DNA of 64,000 bases from Marmoricola sp. (GCA_044224695.1 JBGAJX010000004.1:24588-88587); one strand, 5' to 3'. Positions 35,831 to 45,471 are shown, counted from the stretch's first letter. A program made the numbers and translations. The notes: a model not told the origin generated them from the sequence alone.

Positions 35831-37276
35831 TCACGTCCCGCAGAACGTCTGGAACCCGTCGGTGAACGACGCCGGCGCGGGTTCGGTGTACGCCTCGAGC
35901 CCCGGCCGCTCGGTGAACGGGTCGGTGACCGCCTCGAGGAGGCGGTGCAGCGGTGCGAGGTCCCCGGCGGTCGCGGACGCGAGCGCCTCCTCGACCCGGT
36001 GGTTGCGCGGGACGTAGACCGGGTTGGCCGCGTGCATCGAGGTGACGTCGGGGGACAGGGCCCGCCACCGGGCCGCCCAGGCGTCGTACGACGCGAGGTC
36101 CAGCACCAGCCCCCGGGCACCGTCGGTGACCCCCGCCGCCTCGTCGGTCAACCCGCGGAAGAAGAGCGTGTGGTCGACGCGGTTCTCGCGCATCAGCGCG
36201 ACCAGGTCCCCCAGCAGCAGGTCGAGGTCGTCGGCGGCCACGTGCGCCAGTCCGAGCTTCGCCGTCATGCCGCGGGTCCATGCCGCGGAGTATCGGTCGC
36301 GGAACGTGCCGAGCACGTCGACGGCCTGCTCGACAGCGCGTGCCTCGTCGGGGTCGATCAGCGGCAACAGCGCCTCGGCGAACCGGGCGAGGTTCCACTC
36401 CGCGACCAGCGGCTGGTTGCCGTAGGCGTAGCGCCCGCCGGTGTCGATCGAGGAGTAGACCGTGGCGGGGTCGAACGCCTCGAGGAAGGCGCACGGCCCG
36501 TAGTCGATGGTCTCCCCGGAAATTGTCATGTTGTCGGTATTCATCACTCCGTGGATGAAGCCGACCAGCATCCACTGCGCGATCAGGGAGGCCTGCGCGT
36601 CGACGACGGCGTCGAAGAGTGCGAGCGCCGGCACCGGAGCCTCGGCGGCCGAGGGGTGGTGTCGCCTGATCGCGTGGTCGGCCAGCCGTCGGAGCAGATC
36701 GGGGTCGTCCAAGGAACGGGCGTACTGGAAGGAGCCCACACGCAGGTGACTGGCGGCGACGCGGGTGAGAACGGCTCCGGGGAGGAGGTCCTCGCGGTGG
36801 ACGACCCGACCGGTGGCCACGACCGCCAGCGAGCGGGTGGTGGGGATCCCGAGGGCGTGCATGGCCTCGCTGATCACGTACTCGCGGAGCATCGGCCCGA
36901 GCGCGGCGAAGCCGTCGCCGCCGCGGGAGAGCGGCGTCGGCCCGGACCCCTTGAGTGCGAGGTCGTGCAGTCGCCCGTCGGCGTCGACGAGCTCGCCGAG
37001 CAGCAGCGCGCGCCCGTCGCCCAGGCGTGGCGACCAGCCGCCGAACTGGTGCCCGGCGTACACCTGCGCGACCGGCGAGGCGTCGGCGGGCAGCGAGGTC
37101 CCGGTGAGCAGGCCGACGTCGACCGACGCCGGGTCCAATCCGAGCTCGGCCAGCAGCGGCTCGTTGAGGAGCACCAGGTCCGGCGACGTGGGGGCGACGG
37201 CGTTCCAGGGCACCGCGAGCTCGGGAAGGTCCCGGGCGAACTGGACGTCGAGGTGCAGGGTGCTGGCAAGGCTCAC
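35831..37276 (-). CDS. selO: Protein adenylyltransferase SelO (YdiU/UPF0061)
   Basis: 481 aa with [57 protein letters not shown] and [20 protein letters not shown], the hallmark SelO pseudokinase motifs. Confidence 0.93.
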   Translation of the reverse strand: MSLASTLHLDVQFARDLPELAVPWNAVAPTSPDLVLLNEPLLAELGLDPASVDVGLLTGTSLPADASPVAQVYAGHQFGGWSPRLGDGRALLLGELVDADGRLHDLALKGSGPTPLSRGGDGFAALGPMLREYVISEAMHALGIPTTRSLAVVATGRVVHREDLLPGAVLTRVAASHLRVGSFQYARSLDDPDLLRRLADHAIRRHHPSAAEAPVPALALFDAVVDAQASLIAQWMLVGFIHGVMNTDNMTISGETIDYGPCAFLEAFDPATVYSSIDTGGRYAYGNQPLVAEWNLARFAEALLPLIDPDEARAVEQAVDVLGTFRDRYSAAWTRGMTAKLGLAHVAADDLDLLLGDLVALMRENRVDHTLFFRGLTDEAAGVTDGARGLVLDLASYDAWAARWRALSPDVTSMHAANPVYVPRNHRVEEALASATAGDLAPLHRLLEAVTDPFTERPGLEAYTEPAPASFTDGFQTFCGT

Positions 37277-37293
37277 GCCTTCGACAGTACGTC

Positions 37294-37911
37294 GTGGCCC
37301 CGCGTCGGAGGCCGTGGCAGCCTGGGACCGTGAGCGATCCCACTGCCCCCGCCGGACCCTGGCCGACCACGGCGACCGACGTGCTGCTCGATGCCTTCGA
37401 GCGGGTCAACGGTCTCGTCCACCGCCTGCTCGACGGGCTGCCCGACGACGCGCTGACCTGGCGCCCCGACGCCGAGGCCAACCCGATCGGCTGGCTCGTC
37501 TGGCACCTGGCCCGGGTCCAGGACGACCACCTCGCCGGTGTCGGGGACCGGCCCCAGGTGTGGACCGAGCAGGGGTACGCCGCCGCGTTCGGCCTGCCCT
37601 ACGACGACCGCTCCCTGGGCTACGGCCACAGCAGCGGAGAGGTCGGGGAGTTCGGCGGGGTGACGGTCGAGCAGCTGGTGGCCTACCACGACGCGGTCCA
37701 CCGGCGGACGCTCGAGATCCTCGGCGACCTGGACGATGCCGGTTACGGCCGCGTCGTCGACGACAGCTTCGACCCGCCGGTGACGGCCGCGGTCCGGCTG
37801 GTCTCGGTGGTCGGTGACACGCTGCAGCACCTGGGCCAGGTCGGCTACGTGCGCGGGCTGGCCGAGCGTCGGAGCGCGTCCGGAGGCGAGCCGGAGGGCA
37901 ACGCCGGATGA
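37294..37911 (+). CDS. DinB-family (DinB_2/mycothiol-transferase-like) protein
   Basis: Four-helix DinB pattern ([13 protein letters not shown] ... [14 protein letters not shown]). The start is either GTG 37294 or GTG 37330. Confidence 0.75.
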   Translation: MAPRRRPWQPGTVSDPTAPAGPWPTTATDVLLDAFERVNGLVHRLLDGLPDDALTWRPDAEANPIGWLVWHLARVQDDHLAGVGDRPQVWTEQGYAAAFGLPYDDRSLGYGHSSGEVGEFGGVTVEQLVAYHDAVHRRTLEILGDLDDAGYGRVVDDSFDPPVTAAVRLVSVVGDTLQHLGQVGYVRGLAERRSASGGEPEGNAG

Positions 37912-38999
37912 CCGCCGACGGCCAGGTCGCACCAGGCTTCGAGCCCGTGCGCGACGTCTTCGCCGACGTCCTCGCCGCGCAAGGAGGGGCCGGCGCCGGA
38001 CTGGTGTGCTGGCACGAGGGCCGCTGGGTCGTCGACCTGTACGGCGGCTGGGCCGACGCCGCCCGCACCCGGCCGTGGGCGCCCGACACCCTGGTGATGC
38101 CGTACTCGGTGAGCAAGCCCTTCGCCGCGGTCTCCGTGTTGCTGCTCGCCGACCGCGGTGTCGTCGACCTCGATGCGCCCGTGCAGCGCTACTGGCCGGA
38201 GATGACCGCGGCCACCACGCTGCGCCAGATCCTCAGTCACAGCGCGGGGCTGGTGGTGCTGGACGCGACCCTGCCCGCGTCCGCCTTCTCCGACTGGGAC
38301 CTGCTGTGCAGCGCACTGGCCCGGCAGGAGCCGGCGTGGGAGCCGGGGACGGCGGCCGGTGAGTCGGCCCTGTTCTACGGGCACCTGCTCGGAGAGGTGG
38401 TGCGCCGCGTCGACGGCCGGACACCGGGCCGGTTCCTGCGCGACGAGGTCTGCGGCCCGTGGGGGCTGGACTTCCACGTCGGGCTGGGGGAGGAGGAACT
38501 GAGGCGTACGGCGGACCTCGTCGGCTTCGGTGCGGACCTCACCGCGGCGGCCGACCGGCCCCCGCTCTACGACGCCGCCCTGGGCAACCCGGCGGGTGCG
38601 CTCGACCCGGCGGTGGTGAACTCCGCGGAGTGGCGCCGCGCCGAGATCCCGGCGGTCAACGGTCACGGCACGGCGAAGGCGGTGGCCGGGCTCTACCGCG
38701 CCTTGGAGGTCGGCGTGGACGGACGCCGGCTGCTGAGCGACCGGCTCCACGACGAACTGGTCCGCTGCCACACCACCGGTCCCGAGCAGGTCGTCGGCGG
38801 TACGGCGTCCTGGGGCCTGGGCGTGTCGGTGGAAGCCGGGGAGGGCTACGGCATGGGGGGTGTCGGCGGCAGCTTCGGTTGGTGGAGCAGCGACGGGCAG
38901 TACGCGTTCGCGTTCCTCACCGCCCACATCGGCGACTACGACCGCGGCGACCGCCTGGAGAACGCGGTCCGCGAGGTGCTCGGTCTGCCGCCGGTCTGA
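37908..38999 (+). CDS. Serine hydrolase, beta-lactamase/esterase (class C-like) family
   Basis: SxxK motif PYSVSKPF and GFEPVRDVFADV at the N-terminus. 363 aa, with an ATGA overlap with the DinB gene. Confidence 0.85.
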   Translation: MTADGQVAPGFEPVRDVFADVLAAQGGAGAGLVCWHEGRWVVDLYGGWADAARTRPWAPDTLVMPYSVSKPFAAVSVLLLADRGVVDLDAPVQRYWPEMTAATTLRQILSHSAGLVVLDATLPASAFSDWDLLCSALARQEPAWEPGTAAGESALFYGHLLGEVVRRVDGRTPGRFLRDEVCGPWGLDFHVGLGEEELRRTADLVGFGADLTAAADRPPLYDAALGNPAGALDPAVVNSAEWRRAEIPAVNGHGTAKAVAGLYRALEVGVDGRRLLSDRLHDELVRCHTTGPEQVVGGTASWGLGVSVEAGEGYGMGGVGGSFGWWSSDGQYAFAFLTAHIGDYDRGDRLENAVREVLGLPPV

Positions 39000-39038
39000 C
39001 CGCGGCCCCGCTCAGGCGGCACCGGATCGTGACTGGGG

Positions 39039-39083
39039 GGTGAGGCGCCCCGGGCACCCTGCCCGGCGCCGGGGCGCCTCACC
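39039..39083. terminator. Perfect 15-bp GC hairpin between convergent genes (bidirectional terminator candidate)
   Basis: GGTGAGGCGCCCCGG (39039-39053) and CCGGGGCGCCTCACC (39069-39083). No clear U tract. Confidence 0.55.
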
Positions 39084-39211
39084 GCGTGGCCGCACGATCT
39101 CGTGTCCCCTCCGTGACCCAACACAACGGAAGAGGATCGTGCGCCCGCTGTTCCCACGGTGCTCGGGGTGCGGGGAGCCGCACCGGGAGAGTCGAGCCCG
39201 TGAGTCGTGCG

Positions 39212-40144
39212 TCAGCGACCGCGTACGGTCACCGACGAGTTCGGGACAAGGTGACTTCGAGGGCCCTCGAAGCGCACCGTGTAGTGCTGGAGCCCGCGCA
39301 GGTACGGCAGTTCCGCCGTCCCCGCGCCGTCACGGATCCGCACGTCGTCGCTGCCACGGTCACCGCGGAAGCGGGCCCTGCCGTCCGGCGCCGCCCAGGT
39401 GGGGGCGTCGACGGTGACCGGCACGCGCCACTCGCGACCGCTCCGGCGCGGGGTGCCGAAGACGAGGTCGAAGCGGCCTGCGGCCACCGTGGCCGCCACC
39501 TCCTCGACCCCTTCGGCGTGGCCGGGTCGGGTGGCGCGGACCCGGAGCCCGATCTCCTCCCGGAAGTAGTCCGGCAGCACCCGGAAACGCTCGCCCGTGG
39601 CGCCGGCCACGGGGCGGCCGTCCACGAGCCACTGCCAGGTGAGGGTGGCGTCCTCGACGTCCCAGGTGCCGGGGTCGGCGACCAGCACGCTGCCCACCCG
39701 AGCGGTGCCCTGGATCTCCGGGAGGGTCACCGGCTGCGGGGCCACCCGCAGCATGGTGACGTCGTCCAACGAGCGGTTGCCGGCGACCACCAGCGTGCGG
39801 GTCCTGGTGACGTAGCCCTCCCGGGAGTACGTCACGGAGTAGGCCCCGGCCGGGACCCAGAGTTCGTACTCCCCGCCGTAGGACAGGGCGCTCGCGGCGA
39901 CCTCGCCGGTCAGCGCGTGCGTGGCGACTACCTGGATGCCGTCGATCTCCCAGCCGTCGGGGTCGACCGTCCACCCGCTGACCCGCCAGGTGGCGTCCAG
40001 CACCACCCGCTGGTGGGCCAGCACCTCCCGGTCCACCCCGGGGGTGGTGCCGGCGAGCGCGTGCGACAAACCGGTGCCGGTCAGGGCGAGGGCCGTCAAG
40101 GAGACGGCGGCGACGCCGCGACGAGCCACGTTCCGTGTGCGCAT
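39212..40144 (-). CDS. Secreted protein with carboxypeptidase-regulatory-like and Ig-like repeat domains, function unknown
   Basis: ATG 40144 lies behind ggaaggaa. Signal peptide MRTRNVARRGVAAVSLTALALTGTGLSHALA. YELWVPAGAYSVTYSREGY (CarboxypepD_reg-like), then GTARVGSVLVADPGTWDVEDATLTWQWLVDGRPVAGATG, typical of actinobacterial surface-protein repeats. Confidence 0.7.
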   Translation of the reverse strand: MRTRNVARRGVAAVSLTALALTGTGLSHALAGTTPGVDREVLAHQRVVLDATWRVSGWTVDPDGWEIDGIQVVATHALTGEVAASALSYGGEYELWVPAGAYSVTYSREGYVTRTRTLVVAGNRSLDDVTMLRVAPQPVTLPEIQGTARVGSVLVADPGTWDVEDATLTWQWLVDGRPVAGATGERFRVLPDYFREEIGLRVRATRPGHAEGVEEVAATVAAGRFDLVFGTPRRSGREWRVPVTVDAPTWAAPDGRARFRGDRGSDDVRIRDGAGTAELPYLRGLQHYTVRFEGPRSHLVPNSSVTVRGR

Positions 40145-40256
40145 CTGGTTCCTTCCGTGGAAGCCTGCTGCGCCAGTGTGCGGCACCTGCGTGTGTGTTT
40201 TGTTCAGGTTTGTGCGGTTTTTACTCCGAAGGTTTCCCGAGGAGCCTCTCGGCGGG

Positions 40257-41456
40257 TCAGCGGGGAAGCCAGCGCCCCAGCCGCTTCAGGGCCTGCTCGA
40301 TGTCGGCACGGGAGCCGGCGAAGGACAGCCGCACGAAGCGGCCGCCGTCCGCGGTGTCGAAGTCGATGCCCGGCGTCAGAGCGACCCCGGTGTCGGCGAG
40401 AAGCCGGCGCGCGAACCCCATCGAGTCCTCGGTGAGGTGGCCGACGTCGGCGTAGACGTAGAAGGCGCCGTCCGCGGGGGCGAGCCGGTCGATGCCCAGG
40501 CTCCGCAGCCCCTCGAGCAGGACGCCCCGGTTCTCGGCGTACCGAGCGACGTGGCCGTCGCACTCGGCGTACGACGCGTCGGAGAACGCGGCCACCGCGG
40601 CGTGCTGGGAGAGGACCGGCGGGCAGATCGTGAAGTTGCCGGCCAGGACGTCGACGGCCCGGCGCAGCCGCGGCGGCACCAGCATCCAGCCGATCCGCCA
40701 CCCGGTCATCGAGAAGTACTTGGAGAAGGAGTTGAACACGACGGCCTCCCGGGAGGTCGCCCAGGCCGACGTCGCCGCGGGGGCGCCCGGGTAGCCGATC
40801 CCGTGGTAGATCTCGTCGCTGATCAGCTGGACGCCGCGCTGCTCGCACCACCCGGCCAGGTCGGCCAGCTCGGCCGGGCCGAGCATCGTCCCGGTCGGGT
40901 TCGCCGGGCTCGCCACGACCAGGCCCTGCACCGGGACCTCCAGGGCCTCGAGCATCGCCGGGGTCGGCTGGAAGCGGGTCTCGGGGCCGGTGGGCAACTC
41001 GACGACCTCGCACCCCAGCGCGGTCAGCACGTTGCGGTAGCAGGGGTAGCCCGGCCGCGCGATCGCCACCCGGTCACCCGCCTCGAACGCGGCCAGGAAC
41101 GCGAGCAGGAACCCGCCGCTGGAGCCGGTGGTGACCACCACGTCGTCGGGGTCGACCTCCAGCCCGTGCCATCTGGCGTGGTGGCCGCAGATCGCCTCGC
41201 GCAACTCCGGGATCCCGACCGCCACGGTGTAACCGAGCAGGTCGGCATCGAGAGCCTCGTGGGCGCGAGCCCGGACGGGCGCGGGTGCGGGTGTGGAGGG
41301 CTGGCCGGCGACCAGGTTGAGCAGGTCGCCGTGCGTGGCGGCCCGCTCCGCGGCAGCGGCCAGCAGGTCCATCACGTGGAAGGGCGGAACATTCGCCCGG
41401 GACGCGACGGACAGGCGTCCGGCGGCGTCGGCGACGTCGGAGTGCGACATGGGCAC
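40257..41456 (-). CDS. PLP-dependent aminotransferase, class I/II (aspartate/aromatic aminotransferase-like)
   Basis: 399 aa with LVAGQP, ASPANPTG and the lysine motif NSFSKYFSMTGWRIGW. Confidence 0.88.
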   Translation of the reverse strand: MPMSHSDVADAAGRLSVASRANVPPFHVMDLLAAAAERAATHGDLLNLVAGQPSTPAPAPVRARAHEALDADLLGYTVAVGIPELREAICGHHARWHGLEVDPDDVVVTTGSSGGFLLAFLAAFEAGDRVAIARPGYPCYRNVLTALGCEVVELPTGPETRFQPTPAMLEALEVPVQGLVVASPANPTGTMLGPAELADLAGWCEQRGVQLISDEIYHGIGYPGAPAATSAWATSREAVVFNSFSKYFSMTGWRIGWMLVPPRLRRAVDVLAGNFTICPPVLSQHAAVAAFSDASYAECDGHVARYAENRGVLLEGLRSLGIDRLAPADGAFYVYADVGHLTEDSMGFARRLLADTGVALTPGIDFDTADGGRFVRLSFAGSRADIEQALKRLGRWLPR

Positions 41457-41504
41457 AGCCTAGGATGAAGGCCCCGCCGCGCCTCCCCACGAGATGAGGG
41501 ATCC

Positions 41505-42998
41505 GTGACCTTCGACGTCGAGCTCCTCGACCAGGTCTTGCTGCTCGGCTCGGCGGTCCTGCTGATCGCGATCCTCGCCGTCCGTGCCTCGTCGCTGGCC
41601 GGCCTCCCGTCGCTGCTGGTCTATCTGATGCTCGGCATCCTGCTGGGGGAGTCGGTGCTCGGGCTGCCGTTCGAGGATGCCCAGCTCGCACACGCGCTGG
41701 GCTTCGGCGCCCTGGTGGTGATCCTCGCCGAGGGCGGTCTGACGACCTCGTGGACCGAGATCCGCCCGGCCATGCGCACCGGAGCCTTGCTGGCCACCCT
41801 CGGCGTCGGCGTCAGCATGCTGGTGATGGCGGTCTTCGCCCACGAGGTCCTCGGCTTCGACTGGCAGCTGGCCGTCCTGCTGGCCGCGGTGACGGCGCCG
41901 ACGGACGCGGCCGCGGTCTTCTCCGTGCTGCGCCGGGTGCCGCTGCCGAGGCGGCTCACGGGTGCCCTGGAGGCTGAGTCCGGCCTCAACGACGCCCCCA
42001 CCGTGCTCCTGGTGACCCTGGCCAGCGAGGGTGCCCTGTTCAGCCATGGCGGCCCCCTCCAGGTGCTCGGCATCATCGTGCTCGAGCTCGGCGCGGGCAT
42101 CGCGATCGGTCTGGCGGTCGGCTTTGGTGGCGCCCTGGTGATGCGCCGGGCGGCGCTGCCGTCCTCGGGCCTGTATCCGCTGGCCGTGCTCAGTCTCTGC
42201 GTGCTGGCCTACGGCGCCGGGTCGTTCCTGCACGCCTCCGGCTTCGCCGCCGTCTACGTCGCCGCCCTCGTGCTGGGCAACAGCGAGCTGCCGCACCGCT
42301 CCGCGACGCGGTCCTTCGCCGAGGGGTTGGGTTGGCTCGCGCAGATCGGGCTCTTCGTGATGCTCGGCCTGCTGGTCTCGCCCGGCGACCTCTCCGCACA
42401 GGACGTGTGGCTGGCGCTCGCGGCCGGGGCGGTGCTCGCACTGGTGGCGCGCCCGTTGTCGGTGGCGGCGTGCATGGCCTGGCAACGGGCGAGCCTGCCC
42501 GACATGGCGTTCGTGACCTGGGCCGGCCTGCGTGGGGCCGTGCCGATCGTGCTCGCGACGATCCCGCTGGCCGAGGAGGTTCCCGGGGCCAACACGCTCT
42601 TCGACATCGTCTTCGTGCTGGTCGTCATCGACACCCTGGTCACCGGTCCCACCCTGCCCTGGGTCGCCCGACGCCTGGGCGTGACGGTGGCCGGGGAGGT
42701 CCGCGACCTCGACGTGGAGTCCGCACCGCTGGAGCGCATCGCGGCCGACCTGCTCCAGATCAAGATCACCAAACGGTCCCGCATGCACGGGGTGGAGGTC
42801 CGTGAACTGCGCCTGCCCGAGGGTGCGTCGGTGGCGCTGATCGTGCGTGACGGCCTCACGCTCCAGGCGCACGGCAGCACGGTGCTGCGCCGTGGTGACG
42901 ACCTACTCGTGGTCGCCCCGCGGAAGGTCAAGGACGCGACCGAGGAACGCCTGCGCGCGGTGTCGCGGCGCGGACGGCTGGCGGACTGGCTGGAGTAG
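41505..42998 (+). CDS. K+/H+ antiporter (CPA1, NhaP2/CvrA-like) with C-terminal TrkA-C domain
   Basis: 497 aa with about 12 TM segments, TAPTDAAAVFSVL and LEAESGLNDA motifs, and a C-terminal RCK_C region (VRELRLPEGASVALIVRDG...GDDLLVVA). Confidence 0.88.
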   Translation: MTFDVELLDQVLLLGSAVLLIAILAVRASSLAGLPSLLVYLMLGILLGESVLGLPFEDAQLAHALGFGALVVILAEGGLTTSWTEIRPAMRTGALLATLGVGVSMLVMAVFAHEVLGFDWQLAVLLAAVTAPTDAAAVFSVLRRVPLPRRLTGALEAESGLNDAPTVLLVTLASEGALFSHGGPLQVLGIIVLELGAGIAIGLAVGFGGALVMRRAALPSSGLYPLAVLSLCVLAYGAGSFLHASGFAAVYVAALVLGNSELPHRSATRSFAEGLGWLAQIGLFVMLGLLVSPGDLSAQDVWLALAAGAVLALVARPLSVAACMAWQRASLPDMAFVTWAGLRGAVPIVLATIPLAEEVPGANTLFDIVFVLVVIDTLVTGPTLPWVARRLGVTVAGEVRDLDVESAPLERIAADLLQIKITKRSRMHGVEVRELRLPEGASVALIVRDGLTLQAHGSTVLRRGDDLLVVAPRKVKDATEERLRAVSRRGRLADWLE

Positions 42999-43016
42999 CG
43001 GGACCGGCGGGAGGAG

Positions 43017-43523
43017 TCAGCAGATCGGCGCGTCGGTGCCGGCCCGGACGCGCCGAGGAGCGTCCTTGGCCAGGCCCTCGAACTCCTCGCCGATGACCAC
43101 GTCGACACCGGGGCCCAGGTCGGCGTCGGTGACCTGGATGAGGGTGTTGGGGCCGAACTGGGCCGCCACGAGTTGCGCGCCGGGGTCGTCCTTGCGGGGA
43201 GCGAGCACGCGCACCAGTTGCACGGCGAACTCCTCGGGGGCGTTGCCGATCTCCCCGGCGATGAAGCCCCGGGCCTCGAGCTGTGAGCGGGTCTGGTCGG
43301 CCAGCCCGGCGCGGTTGCCGGCGTTGAAGACGCTCACGGTCACGTCGCGGGTGCGGACCACGTCGCCCCGGGCGACCTGGGTGGCGCAGGTCTCGGAAGG
43401 TTCCGCGGCCACCTCGTCGCCGATCGGAGCGGTGAACGAACGCCAGCCGACCACCAGCCCGGTGACCAGCAGTGCCGTCAGGACCACGAGGGTCACGGCG
43501 CTGAGCGTCCGGCGGCCGCCCAT
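43017..43523 (-). CDS. LytR_C (LytR cell-envelope-related C-terminal) domain membrane-anchored protein
   Basis: 168 aa with one N-terminal TM segment, then VTVSVFNAGNRAGLADQTRSQLEARGF, typical of the LytR_C domain. Confidence 0.78.
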   Translation of the reverse strand: MGGRRTLSAVTLVVLTALLVTGLVVGWRSFTAPIGDEVAAEPSETCATQVARGDVVRTRDVTVSVFNAGNRAGLADQTRSQLEARGFIAGEIGNAPEEFAVQLVRVLAPRKDDPGAQLVAAQFGPNTLIQVTDADLGPGVDVVIGEEFEGLAKDAPRRVRAGTDAPIC

Positions 43524-43843
43524 CAGGAGACCGCCTCCGCAGTGCTCGTCCCGGGGTGCTCGTAGACGCGGGCGTGCAGGACCAGCCGCTGCTGGAGCGC
43601 CGCGCGCAAGGCGCGGTGCAGGCCGTCCTCGAGGTAGAGGTCGCCCTCCCAGCGCACGACATGGGCGAAGAGATCACCGTAGAAGGTGGAGTCCTCGTCG
43701 AGCAGGGCGGCCAAGTGCAGGGTGGACTTGGTGGTGACCAGCTCGTCCAGACGCAACTGCACGGGGGGCAGCGCCGCCCAGTCCCGCGAGCGCAGACCGT
43801 GCTCGGGGTAGGGGCGCTCCTCGCCGACCCGTTTGAAGATCAC
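43523..43843 (-). CDS. Small conserved protein, possibly ParB/Srx-fold
   Basis: 106 aa with a GTG start. Its stop overlaps the ATG of the LytR_C gene (TGATG). HVVRWEGDLYLEDGLHRALRAALQQRLVLHARV resembles the strand-DGxHR-helix core of ParB/sulfiredoxin N-terminal domains (judged by eye only). Confidence 0.6.
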   Translation of the reverse strand: MIFKRVGEERPYPEHGLRSRDWAALPPVQLRLDELVTTKSTLHLAALLDEDSTFYGDLFAHVVRWEGDLYLEDGLHRALRAALQQRLVLHARVYEHPGTSTAEAVS

Positions 43844-43866
43844 CCAGACAGGATAGGTTCACAGCC

Positions 43867-45471
43867 ATGAGCATCGCCGACTCGGTCCGCGAGGGGTACA
43901 CGTTCACCGGTCGCGCCGTGGAGCTGGGCGCGCTGATGGTTTTGGCGGAGGAACTGACCGACGTCGGCGTCCGCATCCCCTTGGGGATGTTCAACCGTCA
44001 CGGTCTGGTCGCCGGAGCGACCGGCACCGGCAAGACAAAGACCCTGCAACTGCTGGCCGAGCAGCTCTCGGCTGCCGGGGTGCCGGTCTTCGCCGCCGAC
44101 ATGAAGGGCGACCTGTCCGGACTGCTCACCCCGGGGGAGGCCTCGGAGAAGCTCACCCAACGGGCGGCGTCGGTGGGGCAGACCTGGACCGCCACGTCCT
44201 TCCCGGTCGAGCTCTACGCCCTCGGCGGCGAGGGCACCGGGGTGCCCCTGCGGGCCACGATGTCCTCCTTCGGCCCGACGCTGCTGGCCAAGGTGCTGGG
44301 CCTGAATGCGACCCAGGAGTCCTCACTGGGACTGATCTTCCACTACGCCGACGCCGCCGGGCTCCCGCTGCTGGACCTGGCCGACCTCCGTTCGGTGGTG
44401 CAGTTCCTGGTCAGCGCCGAGGGCAAGGGCGAGCTCTCGTCACTGGGCGGGCTCTCGAAGGCCACCGCCGGGGTCATCCTGCGTGAGTTGATCGGCTTCG
44501 CCGACGCCGGTGCGGACGCGTTCTTCGGCGAGCCCGAGTTCGACACCGCCGATCTGCTGCGGGTGGCTCCGGACGGGCGCGGCGTGATCTCGCTGGTGGA
44601 GTTGCCGAGCCTGGCGAACCGCCCCGAGGTGTTCTCCACGTTCCTGATGTGGCTGCTCGCGGACCTCTTCACCGACCTGCCGGAGGTGGGCGACGTCGAG
44701 GCGCCGAAGCTGGTGTTCTTCTTCGACGAGGCCCACCTGCTCTTCAAGGACGCCTCGAAGGCGTTCCTCGCCGCGATCGCCCAGACCGTCCGCCTGATCC
44801 GCTCCAAGGGGGTCGGCGTCTTCTTCGTCACGCAGTCGCCCACCGACGTCCCCGACGACGTCCTGGGCCAACTGGGGTCGCGGATCCAGCACCAGTTGCG
44901 CGCGCACACGCCGAACGACGCCAAGGCGCTCAAGGCGACCGTGAGCACCTACCCGCACTCGGCGTACGACGACCTGGGCCAGGTGATCACCAGCCTCGGG
45001 ATCGGCGAGGCCATCGTGACCGTGATGAACGAGCGCGGCGCGCCCACGCCGGTGGCCTGGACCCGCCTGCGCGCTCCCGAATCGCTGATGGCGCCCAGCG
45101 ACCCCGCCACCATGGAGGCCCTCGTCGCCGCCTCACCCGGCCAGGCACGGTACGGCGCGGCCGTCGACCGCGACTCGGCGCACGAGATGCTCGCCCGCCG
45201 ACTCGAGGAGGGTGCGGAGAAGGCCCAGCAGGAGGCCCAGGACAAGGCGGCCCAGGACAAGGCGGCCCAGGACAAGGCCGCCCAGGACAGGGCCCCGAGC
45301 ACGGAGCGGAAGGCGTCCTACCCCAAGAAGTCGACCTCCCGCGCGCCGGCGGAGGACGAGTCCATGGTGACCGAGGTGCTCAAGTCCCAGGCGGCCAAGG
45401 AGTTCATGCGGACCGCGGCGCGGGAGATCGCCCGCGGGGTCTTCGGCGTCGGTCGTCGCTCCCGCCGCTGA
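43867..45471 (+). CDS. HerA-like P-loop ATPase (DUF853 / YjgR family)
   Basis: 534 aa with NRHGLVAGATGTGKTKTLQ (Walker A), KLVFFFDEAHLLF (Walker B), and a basic C-terminal tail ending in REIARGVFGVGRRSRR. Confidence 0.85.
   Translation: MSIADSVREGYTFTGRAVELGALMVLAEELTDVGVRIPLGMFNRHGLVAGATGTGKTKTLQLLAEQLSAAGVPVFAADMKGDLSGLLTPGEASEKLTQRAASVGQTWTATSFPVELYALGGEGTGVPLRATMSSFGPTLLAKVLGLNATQESSLGLIFHYADAAGLPLLDLADLRSVVQFLVSAEGKGELSSLGGLSKATAGVILRELIGFADAGADAFFGEPEFDTADLLRVAPDGRGVISLVELPSLANRPEVFSTFLMWLLADLFTDLPEVGDVEAPKLVFFFDEAHLLFKDASKAFLAAIAQTVRLIRSKGVGVFFVTQSPTDVPDDVLGQLGSRIQHQLRAHTPNDAKALKATVSTYPHSAYDDLGQVITSLGIGEAIVTVMNERGAPTPVAWTRLRAPESLMAPSDPATMEALVAASPGQARYGAAVDRDSAHEMLARRLEEGAEKAQQEAQDKAAQDKAAQDKAAQDRAPSTERKASYPKKSTSRAPAEDESMVTEVLKSQAAKEFMRTAAREIARGVFGVGRRSRR
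45235..45294 (+). repeat. In-frame 15-bp tandem repeat x4 (gcccaggacaaggcg; encodes AQDKA repeats)
   Basis: Read directly, in the C-terminal linker of the HerA-like ATPase. Confidence 0.9.

Noticed and set aside
35789-37481. Long ORFs 35789..37333 (+, 514 aa) and 35802..37481 (-, 559 aa)
   Set aside because: These are shadow frames of selO. The 35831..37276 minus frame carries the SelO signature motifs, and the others are Arg/Gly/Pro-rich.
34968-40250. Possible genomic island integrated at the 3' end of tRNA-Ser
   Set aside because: There is no integrase, recombinase, excisionase, phage or conjugation gene, and I saw no direct repeat of the tRNA 3' end downstream. Base composition and codon bias look the same as in the flanks. 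The genes (SGNH hydrolase, SelO, DinB, esterase) are ordinary chromosomal genes. Only the 78-bp inverted-repeat element is kept as a finding.
41460-42872. 470-aa minus ORF antisense to the K+/H+ antiporter
   Set aside because: It has a charged Arg/Gly/His/Gln-rich composition, opposite a + strand gene with 12 clear TM segments.
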